Source: Thermoproteota archaeon
Lineage (GTDB): Archaea > Thermoproteota > Thermoprotei_A > Sulfolobales > Ignisphaeraceae
NCBI GenBank assembly: GCA_030550585.1
Contig: JAUQPB010000002.1
Location: 160,001 to 224,000, forward strand
DNA length: 64,000 nt
Reading direction: 5' to 3'
Shown here: positions 11,832 through 22,429 of the stretch, in pieces
Position numbering within the stretch: position 1 is the first letter of the stretch
Layout: each line of letters opens with the position of its first letter
Translations under genes and position numbers: made by a program
The notes under the pieces: model-generated
Databases searched by the model: none
What the model saw: only the letters and a program-made list of their open reading frames with translations
What the model was told of the DNA's origin: nothing

Positions 11832-13022
11832 TCATTTAGAGTTTCGAACCTTGAGAGCAGTTAATGCATATAATCCATGGATTGTTATAAAACCTCTCGC
11901 CTCCTCATCTGTTGGATACCATCCAGTGTTATAGTCTATGACCTCTCTTGAGTATAGAGAGAATGGGCTATCTCTGCCGACTACTGCGAGACTGCCTTTA
12001 AATACCTTTAATCTGACGGTTCCACTAACGTATTTATTCATCGAATTTATGACAGACTCTAGATGTTTTTTCATGGGATCTATCCAAAGGCCTTGGTATA
12101 CAAGATCACTCCACATTTCGTCAACAAGTCTCTTGAATCTCAGCTCCTTTGGTGTTAGAACCATTCTCTCTAAATCTTGGTGGCTCTCTATCAATGCTAG
12201 TGCTGCTGGCGCCTCATACACTTCTCTGCTCTTTAAACCAACAACTCTACTCTCTATTAAATCTATTCTTCCAAATCCATGCGAGCCAAGTAGCTTGTTT
12301 AGATATTTTATCATATCAACAGAATTCATTTTCTCTCCATCTACCTTTACTGGGATCCCCTCCTCAAACTCTATTGTTATATATGCTGGCTTGTCAGGTG
12401 CCTTTTCAGGGGGTACAGTCCACGCAAACGCATCTTCAGGCGGCTCTTGATATGGGTTATCCAGTTCTCCCCCCTCTATACTCCTTGACCAGAGGTTCTC
12501 ATCTACACTATACTTTTTATGTGTCTCGGATACGCTGTAGCCATATTCATTCAAAATTTTTATATTCATACTTCTCGTAAGCTTCAATTCTCTTACAGGA
12601 GCCATTATCTTTATATTCGGCTTTAGAAAAGCCTTCAAGGTGATGTCGAATCTGACCTGGTCATTGCCCTTGCCTGTACATCCATGGGCAACAGCATCAG
12701 CGTTCTCTTCTATAGCTATCTCTGCAATTTTCTTCGCTATTAATGGTCTTGCTAATGCTGTTCCAAGTGGGTATTTACCCTCGTAGAGAGCATTAGCCTT
12801 AATCGCATTGAATACATACTCCTCTACAAATTCTTTCTTAGCATCTATCGTATAGTGTTTGATTGCCCCAAGCTCATATGCCCTCTCCTCTACACCTTTC
12901 ATATCATCCTCTTGACCAACATCAACAGTTACTGTAACTACATCAGCATTGTATTTTTTCCTCAATAGCACAAGGATTGTTGAGGTATCCAATCCACCTG
13001 AGTAGGCTAGCACTACCTTCAT
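11832..13022 (-). CDS. argG: Argininosuccinate synthase
   Basis: LAYSGGLDTS, HGCTGKGNDQVRF, KSREVYEAP; ATG follows an AGGTG SD. Confidence 0.97.
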   Translation of the reverse strand: MKVVLAYSGGLDTSTILVLLRKKYNADVVTVTVDVGQEDDMKGVEERAYELGAIKHYTIDAKKEFVEEYVFNAIKANALYEGKYPLGTALARPLIAKKIAEIAIEENADAVAHGCTGKGNDQVRFDITLKAFLKPNIKIMAPVRELKLTRSMNIKILNEYGYSVSETHKKYSVDENLWSRSIEGGELDNPYQEPPEDAFAWTVPPEKAPDKPAYITIEFEEGIPVKVDGEKMNSVDMIKYLNKLLGSHGFGRIDLIESRVVGLKSREVYEAPAALALIESHQDLERMVLTPKELRFKRLVDEMWSDLVYQGLWIDPMKKHLESVINSMNKYVSGTVRLKVFKGSLAVVGRDSPFSLYSREVIDYNTGWYPTDEEARGFITIHGLYALTALKVRNSK

Positions 13023-13133
13023 TTTGTTGAGCACCTACAGCGATCAAATAGAAGAGAACTTGTTGGAACACATTTTTCCAGTTGGCGAAACATTTATAAC
13101 TAAGTGTACTAATAATTGTTCTGGGTAGAACAC

Positions 13134-13823
13134 ATGCCATCAATTTCAGATGTTGTTGCAGATGTAGTTTCAGGTGATCCTATAATTCAGCAGTGTATGG
13201 CAAGAGGCTTTATTAATTATAGTAAATTGGCGAAGAATATACAGCCGCTGGTATCGCAATTGCTTGGAAAAGAGGTTTCTACAGACTCGATAAAAATGGC
13301 GCTGATAAGATATTCAAATAAAATTGGTAGAGAGACTCAAATTAGAAGAGATGTGTTAGAGGTTTTAGCAAAGTCCTCTATCGAGATAAGAACAGATATA
13401 GTTATCATAACATTGAAGTTGCATGCCCTTAGCTACGTAGCAAGCCTTTTCAGCAAGGTTATGACCAAGGCAAGGTTTGTAGCTATAATGCAAAGTGTTA
13501 AAACAATAACCATTGTACTCGACAACGAGACCGCCAACGAGTATCTACCTATGTTGAAAAGCGAGGATATAGTTGATATCCAGAGAAACCAGGCGGCAAT
13601 AGTTATTGTAAGTCCTGTTGAGATTATGAGTACGCCAGGTGTCTTAGCTTACATCGCAAATGTTTTGGCTCAAAACAATGTGAACATCACACATATAGAG
13701 TCTTGCTACACAGACACAATAATTATTATCGCTAGAGAGGAACTAGAAAAGGCATTTACGGTTATAATGAGGCATATAGATAGTGCTAGAAAGAGATTGA
13801 ATAAAGAGCCTAAACATTTCTAG
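13134..13823 (+). CDS. ACT-domain protein with putative N-terminal helical DNA-binding domain
   Basis: C-terminal TPGVLAYIANVLAQNNVNI..IESCYTDTIIII ACT pattern; divergent from argG. Confidence 0.75.
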   Translation: MPSISDVVADVVSGDPIIQQCMARGFINYSKLAKNIQPLVSQLLGKEVSTDSIKMALIRYSNKIGRETQIRRDVLEVLAKSSIEIRTDIVIITLKLHALSYVASLFSKVMTKARFVAIMQSVKTITIVLDNETANEYLPMLKSEDIVDIQRNQAAIVIVSPVEIMSTPGVLAYIANVLAQNNVNITHIESCYTDTIIIIAREELEKAFTVIMRHIDSARKRLNKEPKHF

Positions 13824-13845
13824 CAAGGGGTAAGGCTGGTACATG

Positions 13846-14913
13846 CTATTGCTTTGCAGGTTGCAAAACCTCTTTTCTAATCTTTTCAAGCTCTTTTTTG
13901 GATATTGTTGCTACTGGCTTTTCTGGCAATAGACCCTGGGGTCTGAACAGCGTCAGCAATATTATTACCATGCCAATCAGTATATACTCTAGCCAGACAG
14001 GGTCAACGGGGATTACCTGTGAAATCTCGTATTTGTATACAGATATGATGCTCCTAGCACTAGACAGTATTAAGACTCCTAGGGCGACACCAAGATTGTT
14101 TCCAACCCCGCCAAGCATCATATAAGCCCACGGCAAGAACGTCCAGCTGTATCTTGTAAACACATCTGCTCTAACACTTTTTGTATATATTGAATATAGA
14201 GCGCCGGCCAATGCCGCCATAGCCGAACCTATCATAATTGCATATACTCTAACAATCATTATATCTCTTCCATAAACCTGCGAAGCGAGTTCAGAATCTC
14301 TAACAGCCTTCATAACCCTTCCCAACGGCGATCTGCTTATCCTCTCAGCAATGAAATAGCAGAACAAGGCCATCAAAAATATGAATGACAATGAGATGAT
14401 ATTTTCATAGGATCCTGCAAAGCCAAAGAATGACGGAGCGGCTATGCCTAATGTACCCCCAATCACATCTGGATAGTTATACATTATTGTTCTAAGGATT
14501 TCGCCAAAAGATAGTAGCGTTATACCCAAGTAAGATTCCCTCAGTCTTATTGCCGGCAATGCTGTGAGCAAACCTATTAAAGCACCTAGCAAGGCGGCTG
14601 TCAATATTGATAGTATTAGAAGGGCTATCGAAATAATTGCATGGGAAGATAAATAAGCATTTATCTGTGTTGTTATAGGGGCATTGTAGCTTATGAATTC
14701 GTTTCCTGTGGGGAGGCCGGCCAAGGCAGCAGCAACTCTTCCAATTATAGCGCCAACAGCTATAGAGCCTACTAAAGCCGCTGTTAGCCTACCAAATTCT
14801 GGGATCCCCGTAAAACCAACCTCTATATTCAAACTAAGCGTCAATATGAGGTATATGCCAAAGTTTAGCGCTATATTCAAGAGTATATATTGCAATCCTG
14901 TCTCTAGCGCCAT
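13846..14913 (-). CDS. livM: Branched-chain amino acid ABC permease (LivM-like)
   Basis: Hydrophobic; LRESYLGITLLSFGEI, SPLGRVMKAVRD, GGVGN. Confidence 0.85.
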   Translation of the reverse strand: MALETGLQYILLNIALNFGIYLILTLSLNIEVGFTGIPEFGRLTAALVGSIAVGAIIGRVAAALAGLPTGNEFISYNAPITTQINAYLSSHAIISIALLILSILTAALLGALIGLLTALPAIRLRESYLGITLLSFGEILRTIMYNYPDVIGGTLGIAAPSFFGFAGSYENIISLSFIFLMALFCYFIAERISRSPLGRVMKAVRDSELASQVYGRDIMIVRVYAIMIGSAMAALAGALYSIYTKSVRADVFTRYSWTFLPWAYMMLGGVGNNLGVALGVLILSSARSIISVYKYEISQVIPVDPVWLEYILIGMVIILLTLFRPQGLLPEKPVATISKKELEKIRKEVLQPAKQ

Positions 14914-15818
14914 CTCCTCTCCACCAGTCCTGCGAGACCTTTTGGATACAAAAGCAGTGTGGCTACAAGCATCACTAGGGGTATAGCAAATCTATAGGAG
15001 TAGATCCATGGAAAAACGGATGATAGATAGTATGGGATGAGCCTCTCACTCAAACCAACTAAAAGACCTCCAAATAATCCGCCAAGTATGCTTTGCAAAC
15101 CTCCAACTATTGACCCAGCAAAATAGAGTACAATTAGATCAGAGCCTATGGAGCTTGTTCCTTGCATTACCATGGTCAGCAACCCTCCTGAAAGGCCTGC
15201 TAGCGCTCCTCCTATCATCCAAGCTAGTGTATATATTTTATCGATATCTATACCTAGGATTGATGCGAGCTCAGGGTTCTCTATAGATGCTCTCATTGCT
15301 ATTCCGATATTTGTTTTATTCAAAAACATGTGAATGGAGACTAGAAAGAGAAGAGCTGTTAATGGTGCCACTATATGGACTCCTTTTATAGGTGTGTTAG
15401 CTACGGTGAGTATTGTAGGATCCGTTAAAACGATATTAACATTCTTTATATCCCATTTGTATACATTTGCAAAATAGTCTATGACCATATTTAGAAAAGC
15501 AAACAATATGAAATCAACACCTAAAGTGACCATCATCAACGTTATTTCGGATGCCTTGGCACGTATTAGCCTCCTTATTACAGACACATATATGGCAATA
15601 CCGATCAAACCGGTCGCTATTGTGGCTATGGGCATGAATAGATACGGCGATAGGCCAAACAATTTGTAAAATATGTAGGTTATGTAGAACCCCCAGCTGA
15701 CTAGAGAGGCGTGGGCAAAGTTAAATACGCGTGTAGATGCGTACCACAAGGTTATTGCAGCACAGCCGAGGGCTAGTATAGATGCATATGCTATCGATGT
15801 AAAAACTATTGTCAGCAT
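14904..15818 (-). CDS. livH: Branched-chain amino acid ABC permease (LivH-like)
   Basis: VFNFAH, GIAMRASIENPELASILGI, IVGGLQS. Confidence 0.85.
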   Translation of the reverse strand: MLTIVFTSIAYASILALGCAAITLWYASTRVFNFAHASLVSWGFYITYIFYKLFGLSPYLFMPIATIATGLIGIAIYVSVIRRLIRAKASEITLMMVTLGVDFILFAFLNMVIDYFANVYKWDIKNVNIVLTDPTILTVANTPIKGVHIVAPLTALLFLVSIHMFLNKTNIGIAMRASIENPELASILGIDIDKIYTLAWMIGGALAGLSGGLLTMVMQGTSSIGSDLIVLYFAGSIVGGLQSILGGLFGGLLVGLSERLIPYYLSSVFPWIYSYRFAIPLVMLVATLLLYPKGLAGLVERRWR

Positions 15819-16043
15819 TCATCTCACACCATTAGTTTTATTGTCGAGTAGTTGTATAGGCAATCGATTAGCTTTAGGTTGTTTATAGTATTTAGATATT
15901 TAGATTGTAGTATTAGCAGGGTATAAAATACTTTTATGTTTACTTTTATATTTGTAGGCTGAAAAGAGATTTATGGATTTTTAAGCGCGATATAAGTATT
16001 TATATCCCTATAGTTTGAAATAAGTAGATTTATGGTGAGCCAC

Positions 16044-17351
16044 ATGAAAAATGTCTTGGCAATAGTGCTAGCCATAGTAATGCTGATTATAGGCTATGTC
16101 ATAGGCTATGCAACATATCCATTAATATCAAAGCAAGGTGCAGGAACAGTCCAAACAGTAACATATACACCTGGCTCTGCAACATCAGCACTCTCTGGCG
16201 ATATACCAATCGGTGCGCTTTTGCCATTGTCAGGTGCTCTCGCTACATATGGTGCACAATGCAAGGAAGCATTTCTCCTAGCTGTTGACGATGTTAATGC
16301 GTGGTTACAGCAACTTGGGAAGCCGTGGAGGTTAAAGGCATATGTTGAAGATACTGCTGTAGATCCTGCAACAGCTCTGAATAAGTTAATGGATCTTGCA
16401 GCAAGAGGTGTAAAAGTCGTTGTGGGGCCTATGGCTAGTAGCGAGGTCAAGAACATAAAGAGTTTTGCAGATTCAAACAAGATATTGATAATTTCTCAGA
16501 GCTCAACATCAATGGAGCTTGCTATACCCAATGACTACATATATAGGTTTGTACCTCCTGACAAGTACCAAGGGATTGCAATAGCACATATACTATGGGA
16601 AAGAGGAATAAGATATGTAGTGCCTATCTGGAGAGGGGACACATGGGGTGACGGATTAGTTAACTACGCAAAGACGGAGTTCATGAAAATATGCAATACT
16701 GTCGGCGGCGGAAACTGCGGTTTTGCAGATGGTGTAAGATATGATCCCAAGGCACAAGAATTTTCCACAGAAGTTGCAAAACTAAATGACATTGTCACAA
16801 GCTATGTGAATAAATATGGCAAGGACAAGGTTGGAGTGTTGGCAGTATCATTTGAGGAAATAGCAAACATATTTACAGAAGCTCTGAACTACCCCATATT
16901 ATCCGAGGTTAAGTGGCAGGGTTCGGACGGAACCTATGGCACAGCCAAGCTAGTTGAGAATAGAGAGCTGGCAGATTTTGCAGTAAAGGTAGGTTTCTGG
17001 AACACGATGGCGGCTCCCGGCCAATCACCTTTGAGGGATTCGGTTAGACAAAGACTTATCCAGAAATTGGGTCAGGAACCTATAGCATATGCTTACTTCA
17101 CATATGATGCTGTATGGGCTGTTGCACTAGCTATAGACCATGTCGGTAAATATGATGGAGAGGCAATCAAGAATGCCATTCCACTAGTGCTAAAAACATT
17201 CATCGGAGCGTCAGGCCACTTCGAGCTCGATGAAAATGGTGATAGAGCGACAACAGATTATAGCATTGGAGCTGTAGTTAAAGAGGGAGATACATACAAA
17301 TGGAAAGACATTGGAGGATTTATAAATGGTCAACTAGTATTATATAGCTAG
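16044..17351 (+). CDS. Amino acid ABC substrate-binding protein (LivK/LivJ family)
   Basis: N-terminal membrane anchor, IGALLPLSG, VVGPMASSE, YDAVW, GASGHFELDENGDR. Confidence 0.88.
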   Translation: MKNVLAIVLAIVMLIIGYVIGYATYPLISKQGAGTVQTVTYTPGSATSALSGDIPIGALLPLSGALATYGAQCKEAFLLAVDDVNAWLQQLGKPWRLKAYVEDTAVDPATALNKLMDLAARGVKVVVGPMASSEVKNIKSFADSNKILIISQSSTSMELAIPNDYIYRFVPPDKYQGIAIAHILWERGIRYVVPIWRGDTWGDGLVNYAKTEFMKICNTVGGGNCGFADGVRYDPKAQEFSTEVAKLNDIVTSYVNKYGKDKVGVLAVSFEEIANIFTEALNYPILSEVKWQGSDGTYGTAKLVENRELADFAVKVGFWNTMAAPGQSPLRDSVRQRLIQKLGQEPIAYAYFTYDAVWAVALAIDHVGKYDGEAIKNAIPLVLKTFIGASGHFELDENGDRATTDYSIGAVVKEGDTYKWKDIGGFINGQLVLYS

Positions 17352-17548
17352 AACCTAAAATAGACTAGCTATATAGAATAGACAATTTTTATTTTATATA
17401 ACAATTTTTTATAAATGCTTTGATTTAATTAATGTGTATAGTTGTGTATAAAACATGCATAAAATTCTTAAAAACAATAGCTTAACAATACAGAGAGTGT
17501 TGTTGTGTAATATTGTGTAATTGCACATATATAGCAGGTGTAAATGTC

Positions 17549-18319
17549 ATGGCTCAGACCAGCCTGAATGGAACAATATTGTTGACGAGAAACCTCACAA
17601 AGAGATTTGGTGGTGTTGTTGCATTAGATTCCGTGTCAATTGATGTGAAGAGAAATAGCATCACATTGTTGATAGGCCCTAATGGTGCTGGCAAAACAAC
17701 ATTTATAAATGTTTGTACAGGTGTTTTGAAACCAGATCATGGAAAGGTTATATTCGATTCGATAGACATCACAGGATGGCCTCCTTACAAAGTTTATAGC
17801 ATTGGATTTGCAAGAACATTTCAGATACCCCAGCCTTTCAGAAGCCTAACAGTTTTGGACAATGTTCTTGTGGCAATGAAGAGCAGAGGCGAGAATCCTA
17901 TAAGGGCTTTATTTAAGAGGAGCTGGATCAGAGAAGAGAAAGAAAATATAGAGAAGGCGTTTAAAATACTAGACCTAGTTGGACTTGACTCCTTCTGGGA
18001 TTGGGAGGCCTATAAGCTGGGGGCGGGGCAACTGAAAATGCTTGAGGTTGCAAGAGCTCTTGCATCTGGGGCAAAGCTTTTAGCACTCGATGAGCCAATT
18101 GGAGGCACAGACCCTGGCTATGCCTCAAGGATTTTCGAGAGACTGAGCAAGATTAGGAGTGCTTTAGATGTCTCGTTTATTGTCATAGAGCATAGAATAG
18201 ATATTGCATTAAAGTACGCAGATAAAGTATATGTTATGGATAGAGGAAGAATAGTTGCTAATGGAGCTCCATCTGAGATTTTGAAGAATCCAAAAGTGGC
18301 AGAAATCTATCTAGGGTAA
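17549..18319 (+). CDS. livG: ABC ATP-binding protein (LivG-like)
   Basis: GPNGAGKTT, ARTFQ, LDEP, IEH. Confidence 0.88.
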   Translation: MAQTSLNGTILLTRNLTKRFGGVVALDSVSIDVKRNSITLLIGPNGAGKTTFINVCTGVLKPDHGKVIFDSIDITGWPPYKVYSIGFARTFQIPQPFRSLTVLDNVLVAMKSRGENPIRALFKRSWIREEKENIEKAFKILDLVGLDSFWDWEAYKLGAGQLKMLEVARALASGAKLLALDEPIGGTDPGYASRIFERLSKIRSALDVSFIVIEHRIDIALKYADKVYVMDRGRIVANGAPSEILKNPKVAEIYLG

Positions 18320-18325
18320 TCATGA

Positions 18326-19069
18326 TTGTCGCTATTATATGTTAAAAATCTGTACTCTGGTTATGGAAAGATAAGGGTTTTATTTAATGTGAATGTGGAA
18401 GTTGTAGAAGGATCCATAACAGCTATTATAGGCCCTAATGGTGCCGGCAAAACAACTCTTCTCAATAGCATATATGGTTTGGCTGATGTATACAGTGGCG
18501 AGGTTATATTCGATAAGCGTAACATTGTTGGCTTAAAGCCGCATCAGATCTCGGCGCTTGGAATAGGTTATGTTCCGCAATCAAATAATGTATTCTCCAG
18601 TTTGACAGTGTATGAGAATTTAAGATTGGCTTCAACTGGCTTATCCAAAACAGAGTTTGTTAAGAAAGTTAACGAGGTTTTGGAGATCTTTCCAAAACTA
18701 AAGGAGTTGTTGGACAGAAGAGCTGGTACACTGAGTGGTGGCGAGAGGAGGATGCTAGCCATAGCACTAGCGTTAATGAAGAAGCCAAGACTTCTTCTAT
18801 TAGATGAAATAACAACAGACTTGGCACCGATAATGGTTAAGAGAGTTTTGGAGAAGGTTGTCGAGCTAAAGAAAATGGGTATAACCATTCTACTTGTTGA
18901 ACAATATGCACACAGAGCATTAGAGATAGCGGATAGGGTCTATCTACTCGCTAGCGGAGAGATAAGATTTGCTGGCGAGCCCCAGGAACTTCTAAGTAAG
19001 AAAGAACTTCTCGAGATCTATTTAGGAGTTCAAAAAAGTTTTGGAGAAGGTTCTAGCCAATTATCTTAA
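18326..19069 (+). CDS. livF: ABC ATP-binding protein (LivF-like)
   Basis: GPNGAGKTT, AGTLSGGERRML, LLVEQ. Confidence 0.88.
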   Translation: MSLLYVKNLYSGYGKIRVLFNVNVEVVEGSITAIIGPNGAGKTTLLNSIYGLADVYSGEVIFDKRNIVGLKPHQISALGIGYVPQSNNVFSSLTVYENLRLASTGLSKTEFVKKVNEVLEIFPKLKELLDRRAGTLSGGERRMLAIALALMKKPRLLLLDEITTDLAPIMVKRVLEKVVELKKMGITILLVEQYAHRALEIADRVYLLASGEIRFAGEPQELLSKKELLEIYLGVQKSFGEGSSQLS

Positions 19070-20141
19070 AGAATTCCTCAACTGTCTTCATATAAGTTTC
19101 AGCGCCTTGAACGACCTCATCTATGCTTATCTCTTCTTCATCTGTGTGCGAAAGCTCTGATCTGCCGGGTCCATACGCAACAATGTTGTTATTGTATGTA
19201 CAAACATAGAGTATATTCATGTCGCTTGTCCCAAGTTTGTAAACAAATCTTGGTTTGATACCCGATCTTATCAATGCTCTTGTCAAAGATCTTACAATTG
19301 TGTTGTTTACAGAGACTTTGATTGGCAATGTGAAATCTATGACTCTATAGCTGCATTTGCTATAGTTTCTAACTATGCCGGCTATATCTCTTTCGACAGC
19401 ATCTATGCTACCGTCTACAGAGACTCTGATGTCCAACAGAAGATTGCCTTGCGTTGGATAAACATTGTATCTTTCTCTCTTTCCGCAGCCTATGTACAGT
19501 ACCACAGCAGAGTTTGACTGTGCATTAAATGAGCTGTAACCATTTCTAATCCTTGTCCATATATCGACAATCTTGTCACATGCCGAAGGCTCTTGAGAAG
19601 GTGATGAGGTATGCCAAGGCTTTGATTCACATACTATCTCTATTTTCATACTTCCTCTATATCCTAATACAATAGAGTTGTTACTGGGCTCTCCAATTAC
19701 TATTCCATCAGCTTTAAAATTGTTTTTTATAAGTTCCTTAGCGCCTCTGCTATCCCCTTCCTCGCCAACAACCGCTACTGCAGCAACTCTATACTTATCC
19801 AAGTTTATGACCTTTTTTGCTAGAGAGGCTCCTACAAACATTGCAACGAGCGGGCCCTTAGCATCAACAGCGCCTCTACCTCTAACGCTATGTCCATTGA
19901 ACTCTACTGGAATCTCCCCAGGTACAGTATCTATATGTCCCACTAGAGCAATGCTCTTTTTTCCATATCCTATTTCCGCAATTAGATTGCCAACACCATC
20001 TATATTAATGTTGTCAAATCCAAGGCTTCTAGCATATTCATACAGTATCTTTGTAGCCCTTTCCTCAGAACCTGTAGGGCTATAAGCCTTGACAATGTCT
20101 AGAAGCATATCAGCTACTAGCTTCTTCAATGCATTTGCCAA
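19053..20141 (-). CDS. lysK: [LysW]-lysine/ornithine hydrolase (M20 family)
   Basis: GHIDTVPG, GRGAVDAKGP, VGEE, GTSDMN, YGPG..HT; last gene of lysWXJK. Confidence 0.92.
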   Translation of the reverse strand: MANALKKLVADMLLDIVKAYSPTGSEERATKILYEYARSLGFDNINIDGVGNLIAEIGYGKKSIALVGHIDTVPGEIPVEFNGHSVRGRGAVDAKGPLVAMFVGASLAKKVINLDKYRVAAVAVVGEEGDSRGAKELIKNNFKADGIVIGEPSNNSIVLGYRGSMKIEIVCESKPWHTSSPSQEPSACDKIVDIWTRIRNGYSSFNAQSNSAVVLYIGCGKRERYNVYPTQGNLLLDIRVSVDGSIDAVERDIAGIVRNYSKCSYRVIDFTLPIKVSVNNTIVRSLTRALIRSGIKPRFVYKLGTSDMNILYVCTYNNNIVAYGPGRSELSHTDEEEISIDEVVQGAETYMKTVEEFFKIIG

Positions 20142-21264
20142 TAGAGTTCACCGCATATACAATATCATCCCCGTTTATTACATATGGTGGCAGCAGCCTT
20201 AACACTGTTACACCTGCTTTTAAGGCAAGCAATCCACTGTTTTGCAAACATTTTATAATCTTCGTAGGCTCTATTCTAAGATCAATACCTATCATAAGAC
20301 CAGAGCCCCTAACCTCTCTGACAATTCTATATCCACTCAGTTTCTTTCTAAGCATATCAATCAGCTGAGACCCTTTTTCAGCAGCCTTCAATGGTACAGA
20401 ATCTTGGATAAGCACTTCTGTTGCAGCCTTTACAGCAGCGCAGGCTAGTGGGTTTCCTCCATATGTTGATCCATGGGTTCCCGACTCTAGTTTGGAGGTA
20501 ATATCAGATGGTAAAAACGCTACACTAACCGGAAATCCGCCACCAATTGCCTTGCCTGCCAACAGGATGTCGGGTACTATATTATATTGTTCAAATGTCC
20601 ATGTAGAGCCTGTTCTACCAAAACCGGTCTGGATCTCATCTACTATGAGAATAGAGCCTGTTTCAAGGGTTCTTCTCCTAACCTCTTTAGCGAATTCTTT
20701 TGATGCTATGTTTACTCCACCCTCTCCCTGAATTAGCTCAACTATTACAGCAGCAGTCTCATTATCTACAATCTTCTCTAGACCCTCTACATCATTAAAC
20801 TTAGCCTGTACAGCATCTGCAAGTAACGGCTCTACACCTCTCCTATACTTAGCATTTGATGTAACTGACAACGCGCCGAATGTCCTTCCATGAAACGAGT
20901 TAGTGAAATAAACAATCTTTTTTCTTCCAGTAGCCTTTCTAGCGACTTTTAACGAAAAGTCTACGATCTCGCTACCACTATTCAGTAGATAGACATACTC
21001 AAATTTTTCTGGAACAATCTTTGATAGGACATCGAGCATCTCATCTCTTATCTTTATTCTAAAGGAAGTTGATAGGGTGTAGACCTTGTTTAACTGTTCT
21101 ATCAATGCATTGACTATATGTGGATTTCTATGCCCTAGAAACGCCACGCCATGCCCTGTATGCATATCTAGATATCTCTTGCCATTGACATCCCATAGGT
21201 ATTGGCCCTCTGCATAGGCTATTTCCAAGCCTCTATCTTCATAGAACATAAGGTATTTTAGCAA
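20110..21264 (-). CDS. lysJ: [LysW]-aminoadipate semialdehyde transaminase (class III)
   Basis: FHGRT, IQGEGG, DEIQTGFGRTG, HGSTYGGNPLAC. Confidence 0.92.
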   Translation of the reverse strand: MLKYLMFYEDRGLEIAYAEGQYLWDVNGKRYLDMHTGHGVAFLGHRNPHIVNALIEQLNKVYTLSTSFRIKIRDEMLDVLSKIVPEKFEYVYLLNSGSEIVDFSLKVARKATGRKKIVYFTNSFHGRTFGALSVTSNAKYRRGVEPLLADAVQAKFNDVEGLEKIVDNETAAVIVELIQGEGGVNIASKEFAKEVRRRTLETGSILIVDEIQTGFGRTGSTWTFEQYNIVPDILLAGKAIGGGFPVSVAFLPSDITSKLESGTHGSTYGGNPLACAAVKAATEVLIQDSVPLKAAEKGSQLIDMLRKKLSGYRIVREVRGSGLMIGIDLRIEPTKIIKCLQNSGLLALKAGVTVLRLLPPYVINGDDIVYAVNSIGKCIEEASS

Positions 21265-21302
21265 CTAGCTTTCACCATATCATTTCATAGTTTATAATTG
21301 CC

Positions 21303-22175
21303 TCACTTCTTTAACTGGCTTTTAACATATTCCATGATCTTCAAATGTAGTTTATAGCCAGTGGCGGCCACAGTATTCTTGAATTCTGGCACAGCATTAA
21401 TTTCATTGACTATGTAGCCTCTGTCCCTATCCTCAAAAACGTCTATACCAGCAATCTCTATACCAATGAGTTTGGCTACTTTCAAAACAAGCTCCCGGAG
21501 CTCATCATCTATCTTAGCAGGCTCTGCTTTGCCACCTCTCGCAGTATTTGTTATCCAGTGGCTACTCACTCTATAAATAGCTACGGGAACCTCATCACCA
21601 ACGACAAAAACTCTTATATCTCTATTGGGTTTATTAACAAATTCTTGTAGCATGTGAACCTTCATCGACGGGTTGGGTATGTAGCTCCTATGCTCAAGTA
21701 TTGCTCTAAGCTCTTCCTCATCTCTTGCCATAGCTATTAATCTTCCCCAACTACCGTCAATGGGCTTTAAAACTATTGGATATCCTAGTATCTGAGCATA
21801 CTTAAAACATGCTTCATCGCTAAACGCAACCAAAGTTCTTGGTGTTTTTATCCCGTATCTAGAGAGAATTGACAGTGTCCACAGTTTATTCATTGCAATG
21901 GACGTTGACATGGAGTTGTTTATCACTCTAACCCCGAGGGATTCTAGAGCAATAGTAGAGTTTAATGCAATTGTATGGCTTATAGCTCTTTGTAATGCAA
22001 TTTCAGCATTTGTTTTTAGAACATCTTTTAGTCCGTTAGATCCAACTTGAATAGCTGTGCTATATAAGTGAACGGGCTCCACATCCAAATCAATTTCTTT
22101 GGCTACATCAAGAAGGGCTTTTTCTTCCCACCTAATAACTTCATAAACTAGTAGAACTCTGGCAATAAACCCCAC
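21303..22175 (-). CDS. lysX: Alpha-aminoadipate--LysW ligase (RimK/ATP-grasp)
   Basis: RWEEK, GSWGR, DIRVF, HWITNTARGG, NEINAVPEFKN. Confidence 0.93.
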   Translation of the reverse strand: MGFIARVLLVYEVIRWEEKALLDVAKEIDLDVEPVHLYSTAIQVGSNGLKDVLKTNAEIALQRAISHTIALNSTIALESLGVRVINNSMSTSIAMNKLWTLSILSRYGIKTPRTLVAFSDEACFKYAQILGYPIVLKPIDGSWGRLIAMARDEEELRAILEHRSYIPNPSMKVHMLQEFVNKPNRDIRVFVVGDEVPVAIYRVSSHWITNTARGGKAEPAKIDDELRELVLKVAKLIGIEIAGIDVFEDRDRGYIVNEINAVPEFKNTVAATGYKLHLKIMEYVKSQLKK

Positions 22176-22180
22176 CCTTG

Positions 22181-22351
22181 TTACTCTCCCCAGTCCTCAC
22201 CTACGCCTTCTAAAGGCTTCACTTTTATAGTTTCTCCGTCTTTGACAACCTCTAAAGTCACTCCGCAGTCGTGTTCTACAACCTCGCCGGGCATAACGTC
22301 GTCTGGCAAGGTTACTTCACCACCGCATACAGGACATTTTGCTTTTATCAT
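22181..22351 (-). CDS. lysW: Amino-group carrier protein LysW
   Basis: CPVC...HDCG Zn finger and C-terminal EDWGE; ATG follows an AGGTGG SD. Confidence 0.96.
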   Translation of the reverse strand: MIKAKCPVCGGEVTLPDDVMPGEVVEHDCGVTLEVVKDGETIKVKPLEGVGEDWGE

Positions 22352-22429
22352 GTTTTTAACCACCTATCAAATATTTTTGCTGAAACCCAGCTTATGGGTT
22401 GCAGGGAATATATACAGTATGCTAATGTC

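Noticed and set aside
22384-22400. AACCCA-N5-TGGGTT hairpin near the lysW 5' end
   Set aside because: A 6-bp stem is within chance; no further support
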